Assembly: GCF_009914755.1 (NCBI RefSeq)
Contig: NC_060944.1
From: the human T2T-CHM13v2.0 reference genome, Homo sapiens
Length of the DNA: 64,000 nucleotides
Strand: one strand, 5' to 3'
In this document: positions 9,885 to 22,345 of the stretch, piece after piece
How positions within the stretch are numbered: position 1 is the stretch's first letter
How the letters are laid out: the number at the start of each line of letters is the position of its first letter
Notes under the pieces: generated by a model
Told to the model about the DNA's origin: nothing
Database searches by the model: none
What the model saw: the letters and a program-made list of their open reading frames with translations, nothing else
Made by a program: the position numbers and the translations under genes

Positions 9885-12800
9885 CATTCTCAGAAACTTC
9901 TTAGTGATGTGTGTAGTCAACTCACAGAGTTTAACCATTCTTTTGATACAGCAGTTTTGAAACACTCTTTTTGTAGAATCTGCAAGTGGTTATTTTGATA
10001 GCTTTGAGGCTTTGATTGGAAACGGTAATATCTTCACATAAAAACTAGACAGAAGCATTCTCAGAAACTTCTTTATGCAGTTTGCATTCAACTCACAGAG
10101 TTGAACTTTCCGTTCCATACAGCAGTTTTGAAACTCTCTTTTTCTAGAATCTGTAAGTGGAAACTTGGAGCGCTTCGAGGCCTATGGTGAAAAAGGGAAT
10201 ATCTTCCCATAAAAAGTACACAGAAGAATGCTCAGTAACTACTTTGTGATGTGTGTACTCAACTCACAGAGTTGAACTTTTCTTTTGAAAGAGAAGTATT
10301 GAAACACTCTTTTTGTAGAATCTGCAAATGGGTATTTAGCCTGCTTTGAGGCCTTCATTGGAAACGGGAATATCTTCACATAAAACTAGACAGAAGCATT
10401 CTCAGAAACTTCGTTGTGATGTGTGCATTCAACTCCCAGAGTTGAACCTCTCTTTTGATAGAGCAGTTCTGAAACAATCTTTTTGTGGTCTCCGGAAGTG
10501 GACGTTTGGAGCGATTCGAGACCTATGGTGAAAAAGGCAATATCTTCACCTAAAAACTAGACAGAAGCATTCTCAGAAACTGCTTTGTGATATGTGTAGT
10601 CAACTCACGGAGTTGAAACTTGGTTTTGATGCAGCAGTTTTGAAACACTCTTTTTGTTAGAATCTTCAAGTGGATATTTGGATAGCTTTGAGGCTTTCAT
10701 TGGAAACGGGAATATCTACACATAAGAACTAGAGAGAAGCATTCTCAGAAAGTTCTTTATGAAGTTCGCATTCAACTCACAGAGTTGTACCTTCCTTTTC
10801 ACACAGCAGTTTTGAGACATTCTTTTTGTAGAATCTGCAAGTGGACATTTGGAGTGATTTGAGACATAGGGTGAAAAAGGAATATCTTCCCATAAAAAGT
10901 CGACAGAAGCATTCTCAGAAACGACTTTCTGATTTGTGTACTCAACTCACAGAGTTAACCCTTTCCTTTGATACAGCAGTTCGGAAACACACTTCTTGTA
11001 GACTTTACAAGCGGATATAAGGACAGCAGTGAGGATTTCATCGGAAACGGAATATCTTCACATAAAAGCAGACAGAAGCATTCTCAGGAAGTTCTTTGTA
11101 ATGTGTGCATTCAACTCACAGAGTTGAAAGTTTCTTTTGATACAGCAGATTGGAAGCCCTTTTTTTGTAGAATTTGCAAGTGGATATCTGGACAGCTTTG
11201 AGGTCTTCCCTGGAATTGAGTGTATCTTCACATAAACACTAGACAGAAGCATCCTCAGAAACTTGTTGGTGATGCTTGCATTCAACTCACAGAATTGAAC
11301 GTTTCTTTTCCTAGAGCAGTTTTGAAACACTCTTTTTGTAGTATCTGGAAGTGGACATTTGGAGCACTTTGAGGCCTAGGGTGAAAAAGGAAATATCTTC
11401 ACATAAAAACTAGACAGAAGCATTCTCTGAAACTTCTTTGTGATGTGTGTACTCAACTCACAGAGTTGAACTTTTCTTCTCATAGATCAGATTTGAAACC
11501 CTCTTTTTGTAGAGCCTGCAAGTGCATATTTGGATAGCTTTGAGGATTTCATTGGAAACGGGAATATCTTCCCATAAAAACTAGAAAGAAGCATTCTCAG
11601 AAACTTCTTTGTGATGCTTGCATTCAACACACAGAGTTGAACATTCCCTTTCATACAGCAGTTTTGAAACACTCTTTTTGTAGTATCTGGAAGTGGACCT
11701 TTGGAGCGCTTTGAGGCCTAGGGTGAAAAAGGAAATATCCTCACCTAAGAACTAGACAGAAGCATTCTCAGAAACTTCTTTGTGATGTGTGTAGTCAACT
11801 CACAGAGTTGAACCTTTCTTTTGATACAGCAGTTTTGAAACACTCTTTTTGTAGAATCTGCAAGTGGTTATTTTGATAGCTTTGAGGGTTTCATTGGAAA
11901 CGGGAATATCTTCACATAAAAGCTAGACAGAAGCATTCTCACAAACTTCTTTATGAAGTTGGCATTCAACTCACAGAGTTGAACTTTCCGTTCCATACAG
12001 CAGTTTTGAAACTCTCTTTTTCTAGAATCTGTAAGTGGAAACTTGGAGCGCTTCGAGGCCTATGGTGAAAAAGGGAATATCTTCCCATAAAAAGTAGACA
12101 GAAGAATGCTCAGTAAGTACATTGTGATGTGTGTACTCAACTCACAGAGTTGAACATTTCTTTTGAAAGAGAAGTTTTGAAACACTCTTTTTGTAGAATC
12201 TGCAAATGGGTATTTAGCCTGCTTTGAGGCCTTCATTGGAAACGGGAATATCTTCACATAAAACTAGATAGAAGCATTCTGAGAAACTTCGTTGTGATGG
12301 GTGCATTGAACTCCCAGAGTTGAACCTCTCTTTTGATAGAGCAGTTCTGAAACAATCTTTTTGTGGTATCTGAAAGTGGACGTTTGGTGCGATTCGAGGC
12401 CTATGGTGAAAAAGGCAATATCTTCACCTAAAAACTAGACAGAAGCATTCTCAGAAACTGCTTTGTGATATGTGTAGTCAACTCACGGAGTTGAAACTTG
12501 GTTTTGATGCAGCAGTTTTGAAACACTCTTTTTGTTAGAATCTTCAAGTGCATATTTGGATAGCTTTGAGGCTTTCATTGGAAACGGGAATATCTACACA
12601 TAAGAACTATACAGAAGCATTCTCAGAAAGTTCTTTATGAAGTTCGCATTCAACTCACAGAGTTGTACCTTCCTTTTCACACAGCAGTTTTGAGACATTC
12701 TTTTTGTAGAATCTGCAAGTGGACACTTGGAGTGATTTGAGACCTAGGGTGAAAAAGGAATATCTTCCCATAAAAAGTAGACAGAAGCATTCTCAGAAAC

Positions 12801-15800
12801 CACTTTCTGATTTGTGTACTCAACTCACAGAGTTAAACCTTTCCTTTGATACAGCAGTTCGGAAACACTCTTCTTGTAGATTTTACAAGCGGATATAAGG
12901 AGAGCAGTGAGGAATTCATCGGAAACGGAATATCTTCACATAAAATCAGACAGAAGCATTCTCAGGAAGTTCTTTGTAATGTGTGCTTTCAACTCACAGA
13001 GTTGAAACTTTCTTTTGATACAGCAGATTGGAAGCCCTCTTTTTGTAGAATTTGCAAGGGGATATCTGGACAGCTTTGAGGCCTTCCCTGGAAACGAGTG
13101 TATCTTCACATATACACTAGACAGAAGCATCCTCAGAAACTTGTTGGTGATGCTTGCATTCAACTCACAGAATTGAACATTTCATTTCCTAGAGCAGTTT
13201 TGAAACACTCTTTTTGTAGTATCTGGAAGCGGACATTTGGAGCACTTTGAGGCCTAGGGTGAAAAAGGAAATATCTTCACATAAAAACTAGACAGAAGCA
13301 TTCTCTGAACCTTTTTTGTGATGTGTGTACTCAACTCACAGAGTTGAACTTTTCTTCTCATAGATCAGATTTGAAACCCTCTTTTTGTAGAGTCTGCAAG
13401 TGTATATTTGGATAGCTTTGAGGATTTCATTGGAAACGGGAATATCTTCCCATAAAAACTAGAAAGAAGCATTCTCAGAAACTTCTTTGTGATGCTTGCA
13501 TTCAACTCACAGAGTTGAACATTCCCTTTCATACAGCAGTTTGGAAACACTCTTTTTGTAGTATCTGGAAGTGGACCTTTGGAGCGCTTTGGGGCCTAGG
13601 GTGAAAAAGGAAATATCCTCACCTAAAAACCAGACAGAAGCATTCTCAGAAACTTCTTTGTGATGTGGGTAGTCAACTCACACAGTTGAACCTTTCTTTT
13701 GATACAGCAGTTTTGAAACACTCTTTTTGTAGAATCTGCAAGTGGTTATTTTGATAGCTTTGAGGCTTTCATTGGAAACGGGAATATCTTCACATAAAAA
13801 CTAGACAGAAGCATTCTCAGAAACTTCTTTATGAAGTTTGCATTCAACTCACAGAGTTGAACTTTCCATTCCATACAGCGGTTTTGAAACTCTCTTTTTC
13901 TAGAATCTGTAAGTGGAAACTTGGAGCGCTTCGAGGCCTATGGTGAAAAAGGGAATATCTTCCCATAAAAAGTAGACAGAAGAATGCTCAGTAACTACTT
14001 TGTGATGTGTGTACTCAACTCACAGAGTTGAACTTTTCTTTTGAAAGAGAAGTTTTGAAACACTCTTTTTGTAGAATCTGCAAATGGGTATTTAGCCTGC
14101 TGTGAGGCCTTCATTGGAAACGGGAATATCTTCACATAAAACTAGACAGAAGCATTCTCAGAAACTTCGTTGTGATGTGTGCATTCAACTCCCAGAGTTG
14201 AACCTCTCTTTTGATAGAGCAGTTCTGAAACAATCTTTTTGTGGTATCTGGAAGTGGACGTTTGGAGCGATTCGAGGCCTATGGTGAAAAAGGCAATATC
14301 TTCACCTAAAAACTAGACAGAATCATTCTCAGAAACTGCTTTGTGATATGTGTAGTCAAGTCACGGAGTTGAAACTTGGTTTTGATGCAGCAGTTTTGAA
14401 CCACTCTTTTTGTTAGAATCTTCAAGTGGATATTTGGATAGCTTTGAGGCTTTCATGGGAAACGGGAATATCTACACATAAGAACTAGACAGAAGCATTC
14501 TCAGAAAGTTCTTTATGAAGTTCGCATTCAACTCACAGAGTTGTACCTTCCTTTTCACACAGCAGTTTTGAGACATTCTTTTTGTAGAATCTGCAAGTGG
14601 ACATTTGGAGTCATTTGAGACATAGGGTGAAAAAGGAATATCTTCCCATAAAAAGTAGACAGAAGCATTCTCAGAAACGACTTTCTGATTTGTGTACTCA
14701 ACTCACAGAGTTAAACCTTTCCTTTGATACAGCAGTTCGGAAACACTCTTCTTGTAGAATTTACGAGCGGATATAAGGACAGCAGTGAGGATTTCATCGG
14801 AAACGGAATATCTTCACATAAAAGTAGACAGAAGCATTCTCAGAAAGTTCTTTGTAATGTGTGCATTCAACTCACAGAGTTGAAACTTTCTTTTGATAGA
14901 GCAGATAGGAAGCCCTCTTTTTGTAGAATTTGCATGTGGATATCTGGACAGCTTTGAGGCCTTCCCTGGAAACGAGTGTATCTTCACATAAACACTAGAC
15001 AGAAGCATCCTTAGAAACTTGTTGGTGATGCTTGCATTCAACTCACAGAATTGAACATTTCTTTTCCTAGAGCAGTTTTGAAACACTCTTTTTGTAGTAT
15101 CTGGAAGCGGACATTTGGAGCACTTTGAGGCCTAGGGTGAAAAAGGAAATATCTTCACATAAAAACTAGACAGAAGCATTCTCTGAAACTTCTTTGTGAT
15201 GTGTGTACTCAACTCACAGAGTTGAACTTTTCTTCTCATAGATCAGATTTGAAACCCTCTTTTTGTAGAGTCTGCAAGTGTATATTTGGATAGCTTTGAG
15301 GATTTCATTGGAAACGGGAATATCTTCCCATAAAAACTAGAAAGAAGCATTCTCAGAAAGTTCTTTGTGATGCTTGCATTCAACTCACAGAGTTGAACAT
15401 TCCCTTTCATACAGCAGTTTGGAAACACTCTTTTTGTAGTATCTGGAAGTGCACCTTTGGAGCGCTTTGGGGCCTAGGGTGAAAAAGGAAATATCCTCAC
15501 CTAAAAACTAGACAGAAGCATTCTCAGAAACTTCTTTGTGATGTGTGTAGTCAACTCACAGAGTTGAACCTTTCTTTTGATACAGCAGTTTTGAAACACT
15601 CTTTTTGTAGAATCTGCAAGTGGTTATTTTGATAGCTTTGAGGCTTTCATTGGAAACGGGAATATCTTCACATAAAAACTAGACAGAAGCATTCTCAGAA
15701 ACATCTTTATGAAGTTTGCATTCAACTCACAGAGTTGAACTTTCCATTCCATACAGCGGTTTTGAAACTCTCTTTTTCTAGAATCTGTAAGTGGAAACTT

Positions 15801-18800
15801 GGAGCGCTTCGAGGCCTATGGTGAAAAAGGTAATATCTTCCCATAAAAAGTAGACAGAAGAATTCTCAGTAACTACTTTGTGATGTGTGTACTCAACTCA
15901 CAGAGTTGAACTTTTCTTTTGAAAGAGAAGTTTTGAAACACTCTTTTTGTAGAATCTGCAAATGGGTATTTAGCCTGCTGTGAGGCCTTCATTGGAAACG
16001 GGAATATCTTCACATAAAACTAGACAGAAGCATTCTCAGAAACTTCGTTGTGATGTGTGCATTCAACTCCCAGAGTTGAACCTCTCTTTTGATAGAGCAG
16101 TTCTGAAAAAATCTTTTTGTGGTATCTGGAAGTGGACGTTTGGAGCGATTCGAGGCCTATGGTGAAAAAGGCAATATCTTCACCTAAAAACTAGACAGAA
16201 GCATTCTCAGAAACTGCTTTGTGATATGTGTAGTCAAGTCACGGAGTTGAAACTTGGTTTTGATGCAGCAGTTTTGAAACACTCTTTTTGTTAGAATCTT
16301 CAAGTGGATATTTGGATAACTTTGAGGCTTTCATGGGAAACGGGAATATCTACACATAAGAACTAGACAGAAGCATTCTCAGAAAGTTCTTTATGAAGTT
16401 CGCATTCAACTCACAGAGTTGTACCTTCCTTTTCACACAGCAGTTTTGAGACATTCTTTTTGTAGAATCTGCAAGTGGACATTTGGAGTGATTTGAGACA
16501 TAGGGTGAAAAAGGAATATCTTCCCATAAAAAGTCGACAGAAGCATTCTCAGAAACGACTTTCTGATTTGTGTACTCAACCCACAGAGTTAACCCTTTCC
16601 TTTGATACAGCAGTTCGGGAACACTCTTCTTATAGAATTTACGAGCGGATATAAGGACAGCAGTGAGTATTTCATCGGAAACGGAATATCTTCACATAAA
16701 AGTAGAAAGAAGCATTCTCAGAAAGTTCTTTGTAATGTGTGCATTCAACTCACAGAGTTGAAACTTTCTTTTGATAGAGCAGATAGGAAGCCCTCTTTTT
16801 GTAGAATTTGCAAGTGGATATCTGGACAGCTTTGAGGCCTTCCCTGAAAACGAGTGTATCTTCACATAAACACTAGACAGAAGCATCCTCAGAAAATTGT
16901 TGGTGATGCTTGCATTCAACTCACAGAATTGAACATTTCCTTTCCTAGAGCAGTTTTGAAACACTCTTTTTGTAGTATCTGGAAGCGGACATTTGGAGCA
17001 CTTTGAGGCCTAGGGTGAAAAAGGAAATATCTTCACATAAAAACTAGACAGAAGCATTCTCTGAAACTTCTTTGTGATGTGTGTACTCAACTCACAGAAT
17101 TGAACTTTTCTTCTCATAGATCAGATTTGAAACCCTCTTTTTGTAGAGTCTGCAAGTGTATATTTGGATAGCTTTGAGGATTTCATTGGAAACGGGAATA
17201 TCTTCCCATAAAAACTAGAAAGAAGCATTTTCAGAAAGTTCTTTGTGATGCTTGCATTCAACTCACAGAGTTGAACATTCCCTTTCATACAGCAGTTTGG
17301 AAACACTCTTTTTGTAGTATCTGGAAGTGGACCTTTGGAGCGCTTTGGGGCATAGGGTGAAAAAGGAAATATCCTCACCTAAAAACTAGACAGAAGCATT
17401 CTCAGAAACTTCTTTGTGATGTGTGTAGTCAACTCACAGAGTTGAACCTTTCTATTGATACAGCAGTTTTGAAACACTCTTTTTGTAGAATCTGCAAGTG
17501 GTTATTTTGATAGCTTTGAGGCTTTCATTGGAAACGGGAATATCTTCACATAAAAACTAGACAGAAGCATTCTCAGAAACTTCTTTATGAAGTTTGCATT
17601 CAACTCACAGAGTTGAACTTTCCATTCCATACAGCGGTTTTGAAACTCTCTTTTTCTAGAATCTGTAAGTGGAAACTTGGAGCGCTTCGAGGCCTATGGT
17701 GAAAAAGGGAATATCTTCCCATAAAAAGTAGACAGAAGAATTCTCACTAACTACTTTGTGATGTGTGTACTCAACTCACAGATTTGAACTTTTCTTTTGA
17801 AAGAGAAGTTTTGAAACACTCTTTTTGTAGAATCTGCAAATGGGTATTTAGCCTGCTGTGAGGCCTTCATTGGAAACGGGAATATCTTCACATAAAACTA
17901 GACAGAAGCATTCTCAGAAACTTCGTTGTGATGTGTGCATTCAACTCCCAGAGTTGAACCTCTCTTTTGATAGAGCAGTTCTGAAACAATCTTTTTGTGG
18001 TATCTTTAAGTGGACGTTTGGAGCGATTCGAGGCCTATGGTGAAAAAGGCAATATCTTCACCTAAAAACTAGACAGAAGCATTCTCAGAAACTGCTTTGT
18101 GATATTTGTAGTCAAGTCACGGAGTTGAAACTTGGTTTTGATGCAGCAGTTTTGAAACACTCTTTTTGTTAGAATCTTCAAGTGGATATTTGTATAGCTT
18201 TGACGCTTTCATTGGAAAGGGGAATATCTACACATAAGAACTAGACAGAAGCATTCTCAGAAAGTTCTTTATGAAGTTCGCATTCAACTCACAGAGTTGT
18301 ACCTTCCTTTTCACACAGCAGTTTTGAGACATTCTTTTTGTAGAATCTGCAAGTGGACATTTGGAGTGATTTGAGACATAGGGTGAAAAAGGAATATCTT
18401 CCCATAAAAAGTAGACAGAAGCATTCTCAGAAACGACTTTCTGATTTGTGTACTCAACTCACCGAGTTAAACCTTTCCTTTGATACAGCAGTTCGGAAAC
18501 ACTCTTCTTGTAGGATTTACGAGCGGATAGAAGGACAGCAGTGAGGATTTCATCGGAAACGGAATATCTTCACATAAAAGTAGACAGAAGCATTCTCAGA
18601 AAGTTCTTTGTAATGTGTGCATTCAACTCACAGAGTTGAAACTTTCTTTTGATAGAGCAGATAGGAAGCCCTCTTTTTGTAGAATTTGCAAGTGGATATC
18701 TGGACAGCTTTGAGGCCTTCCCTGGAAACGAGTGTATCTTCACATAAACACTAGACAGAAGCATCCTCAGAAACTTGTTTGTGATGCTTGCATTCAACTC

Positions 18801-21151
18801 ACAGAATTGAACATTTCTTTTCCTAGAGCAGTTTTGAAACACTCTTTTTGTAGTATCTGGAAGCGGACATTTGGAGCACGTTGAGGCCTAGGGTGAAAAA
18901 GGAAATATCTTCACATAAAAACTAGACAGAAGCATTCTCTGAAACTTCTTTGTGATGTGTGTACTCAACTCACAGAGTTGAACTTTTCTTCTCATAGACC
19001 AGATTTGAAACCCTCTTTTTGTAGAGTCTGCAAGTGTATATTTGGATAGCTTTGAGGATTTCATTGGAAACGGGAATATCTTCCCATAAAAACTAGAAAG
19101 AAGCATTCTCAGAAACTTCTTTGTGATGCTTGCATTCAACTCACAGAGTTGAACATTCCCTTTCATACAGCAGTTTGGAAACACTCTTTTTGTAGTATCT
19201 GGAAGTGGACCTTTGGAGCGCTTTGGGGCCTAGGGTGAAAAAGGAAATATCCTCACCTAAAAACCAGACAGAAGCATTCTCAGAAACTTCTTTGTGATGT
19301 GGGTAGTCAACTCACACAGTTGAACCTTTCTTTTGATACAGCAGTTTTGAAACACTCTTTTTGTAGAATCTGCAGGTGGTTATTTTGATAGCTTTGAGGC
19401 TTTCATTGGAAACGGGAATATCTTCACATAAAAACTAGACAGAAGCATTCTCAGAAACTTCTTTATGAAGTTTGCATTCAACTCACAGAGTTGAACTTTC
19501 CATTCCATAAAGCGGTTTTGAAACTCTCTTTTTCTAGAATCTGTAAGTGGAAACTTGGAGCGCTTCGAGGCCTATGGTGAAAAAGGGAATATCTTCCCAT
19601 AAAAAGTACACAGAAGAATGCTCAGTAACTACTTTGTGATGTGTGTACTCAACTCACAGAGTTGAACTTTTCTTTTGAAAGAGAAGTTTTGAAACACTCT
19701 TTTTGTAGAATCTGCAAATGGGTATTTAGCCTGCTGTGAGGCCTTCATTGGAAACGGGAATATCTTCACATAAAACTAGACAGAAGCATTCTCAGAAACT
19801 TCGTTGTGATGTGTGCATTCAATCCCAGAGTTGAACCTCTCTTTTCATAGAGCAGTTCTGAAACAATCTTTTTGTGGTATCTGGAAGTGGACGTTTGGAG
19901 CGATTCGAGGCCTATGGTGAAAAAGGCAATATCTTCACCTAAAAACTAGACAGAAGCATTCTCAGAAACTGCTTTGTGATATGTGTAGTCAACTCACGGA
20001 GTTGAAACTTGGTTTTGATGCAGCAGTTTTGAAACACTCTTTTTGTTAGAACCTTCAAGTGGATATTTGGATAGCTTTGAGGCTTTCATTGGAAACGGGA
20101 ATATCTACACATAAGAACTAGAGAGAAGCATTCTCAGAAAGTTCTTTATGAAGTTCGCATTCAACTCACAGAGTTGTACCTTCCTTTTCACACAGCAGTT
20201 TTGAGACATTCTTTTTGTAGAATCTGCAAGTGGACATTTGGAGTGATTTGAGACATAGGGTGAAAAAGGAATATCTTCCCATAAAAAGTAGACAGAAGCA
20301 TTCTCAGAAACGACTTTCTGATTTGTGTACTCAACTCACAGAGTTAAAACTTTCCTTTGATACAGCAGTTCGGAAACACTCTTCTTGTAGAATTTACGAG
20401 CGGATATAAGGACAGCAGTGAGGATTTCATCGGAAACGGAATATCTTCACATAAAAGCAGACAGAAGCATTCTCAGAAAGTTCTTTGTAATGTGTGCATT
20501 CAACTCACAGAGTTGAAACTTTCTTTTGATACAGCAGATTGGAAGCCCTCTTTTTGTAGAATTCGCAGGTGGATATCTGGACAGCTTTGAGGCCTTCCCT
20601 GGAAACGAGTGTATCTTCACATAAACACTAGACAGAAGCATCCTCAGAAACTTGTTGGTGATGCTTTCATTCAACTCACAGAATTGAACGTTTCTTTTCC
20701 TAGAGCAGTTTTGAAACACTCTTTTTGTAGTATCTGGAAGTGGACATTTGGAGCACTTTGAGGCCTAGGGTGAAAAAGGAAATATCTTCACATAAAAATT
20801 ACACAGAAGCATTCTCTGAAACTTCTTTGTGATGTGTGTACTCAACTCACAGAGTTGAACTTTTCTTCTCATAGATCAGATTTGAAACACTCTTTTTGTA
20901 GAGCCTGCAAGTGCATATTTGGATAGCTTTGAGGATTTCATTGGAAACGGGAATATCTTCCCATAAAAACTAGAAAGAAGCATTCTCAGAAACTTCTTTG
21001 TGATGCTTCCATTCAACACTCAGAGTTGAACATTGCCTTTCATACAGCAGTTTTGAAACACTCTTTTTGTAGTATCTGGAAGTGGACCTTTGGCGCGCTT
21101 TGAGGCCTAGGGTGAAAAAGGAAATATCCTCACCTAAAAACTAGACAGAAG

Positions 21152-22345
21152 CATTCTCAGAAACTACTTTGTGATGTGTGTAGTCAACTCACAGAGTTGA
21201 ACCTTTCTTTTGATACAGCAGTTTTGAAACACTCTTTTTGTAGAATCTGCAAGTGGTTATTTTGATAGCTTTGAGGCTTTCATTGGAAACGGAAATATCT
21301 TCACATAAAAACTAGACAGAAGCATTCTCAGAAAGTTCTTTATGAAGTTCGCATTCAATTCACAGAGTTGTACCTTCCTTTTCACACAGCAGTTTTGAGA
21401 CATTCTTTTTGTGTAATCTGCAAGGGGACACTTGGAGTGATTTGACACCTAGGGTGAAAAAGGAATGTCTTCCCATAAAAAGTAGACAGAAGCATTCTCA
21501 GGAACGACTTTCTGATTTGTGTACTCAACTCACAGAGTTAAACCTTTCCTTTGATACAGCAGTTCGGAAACACTCTTCTTGTAGACTTTACAAGCGGCTA
21601 TAAGGACAGCAGTGAGGATTTCATCGGAAACGGAATATCTTCACATAAAAGCAGACAGAAGCATTCTCAGAAAGTTCTTTGTAATGTGTGCATTCAACTG
21701 ACAGTGTTGAAACTTTCTTTTGATAGAGCAGATTGGAAGCCCTCTTTTTGTAGAATTTGCAATTGGATATCTGGACAGCTTTGAGGCCTTCCCTGGAAAG
21801 GAGTGTATCTTCACATAAACACCAGACAGAAGCATCCTCAGAAACTTGTTGGTGATGCTTGCATTCAACTCACAGAATTGAAGCTTTCTTTTCCTAGAGC
21901 AGTTTTGAAACACTCTTTTTGTAGTATCTGGAAGTGGACATTTGGAGCACTTTGAGGCCTAGGGTGAAAAAGGAAATATCCTCACATAAAAACTAGACAG
22001 AAGCATTCTCTGAAACTTCTTTGTGATGTGTGTACTCAACTCACAGAGTTGAACTTTTCTTCTCATAGATCAGATTTGAAACCCTCTTTTTGTAGAGCCT
22101 GCAAGTGCATATTTGGATAGCTTTGAGGATTTCATTGGAAACGGGAATATCTTCCCATAAAAACTAGAAAGAAGCATTCTCAGAAACTTCTTTGTGATGC
22201 TTGCATTCAACTCACAGAGTTGAACATTGCCTTTCATACAGCAGTTTCGAAACACTCTTTTTGTAGTATCTGGAAGTGGACCTTTGGAGCGCTTTGAGGC
22301 CTAGGGTGAAAAAGGAAATATACTCACCTAAAAACTAGACAGAAG
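21152..22345 (+). repeat. 7-monomer HOR structural variant (1194 bp; 4-monomer, 684-bp deletion)
   Basis: The period drops to 1194 (ORF starts 20357 to 21551). m1 (GTGGTTATTTTGATAG) runs directly into m6 (GAAAGTTCTTTATGAAGTTCGC); m2-m5 are absent. Confidence 0.95.
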
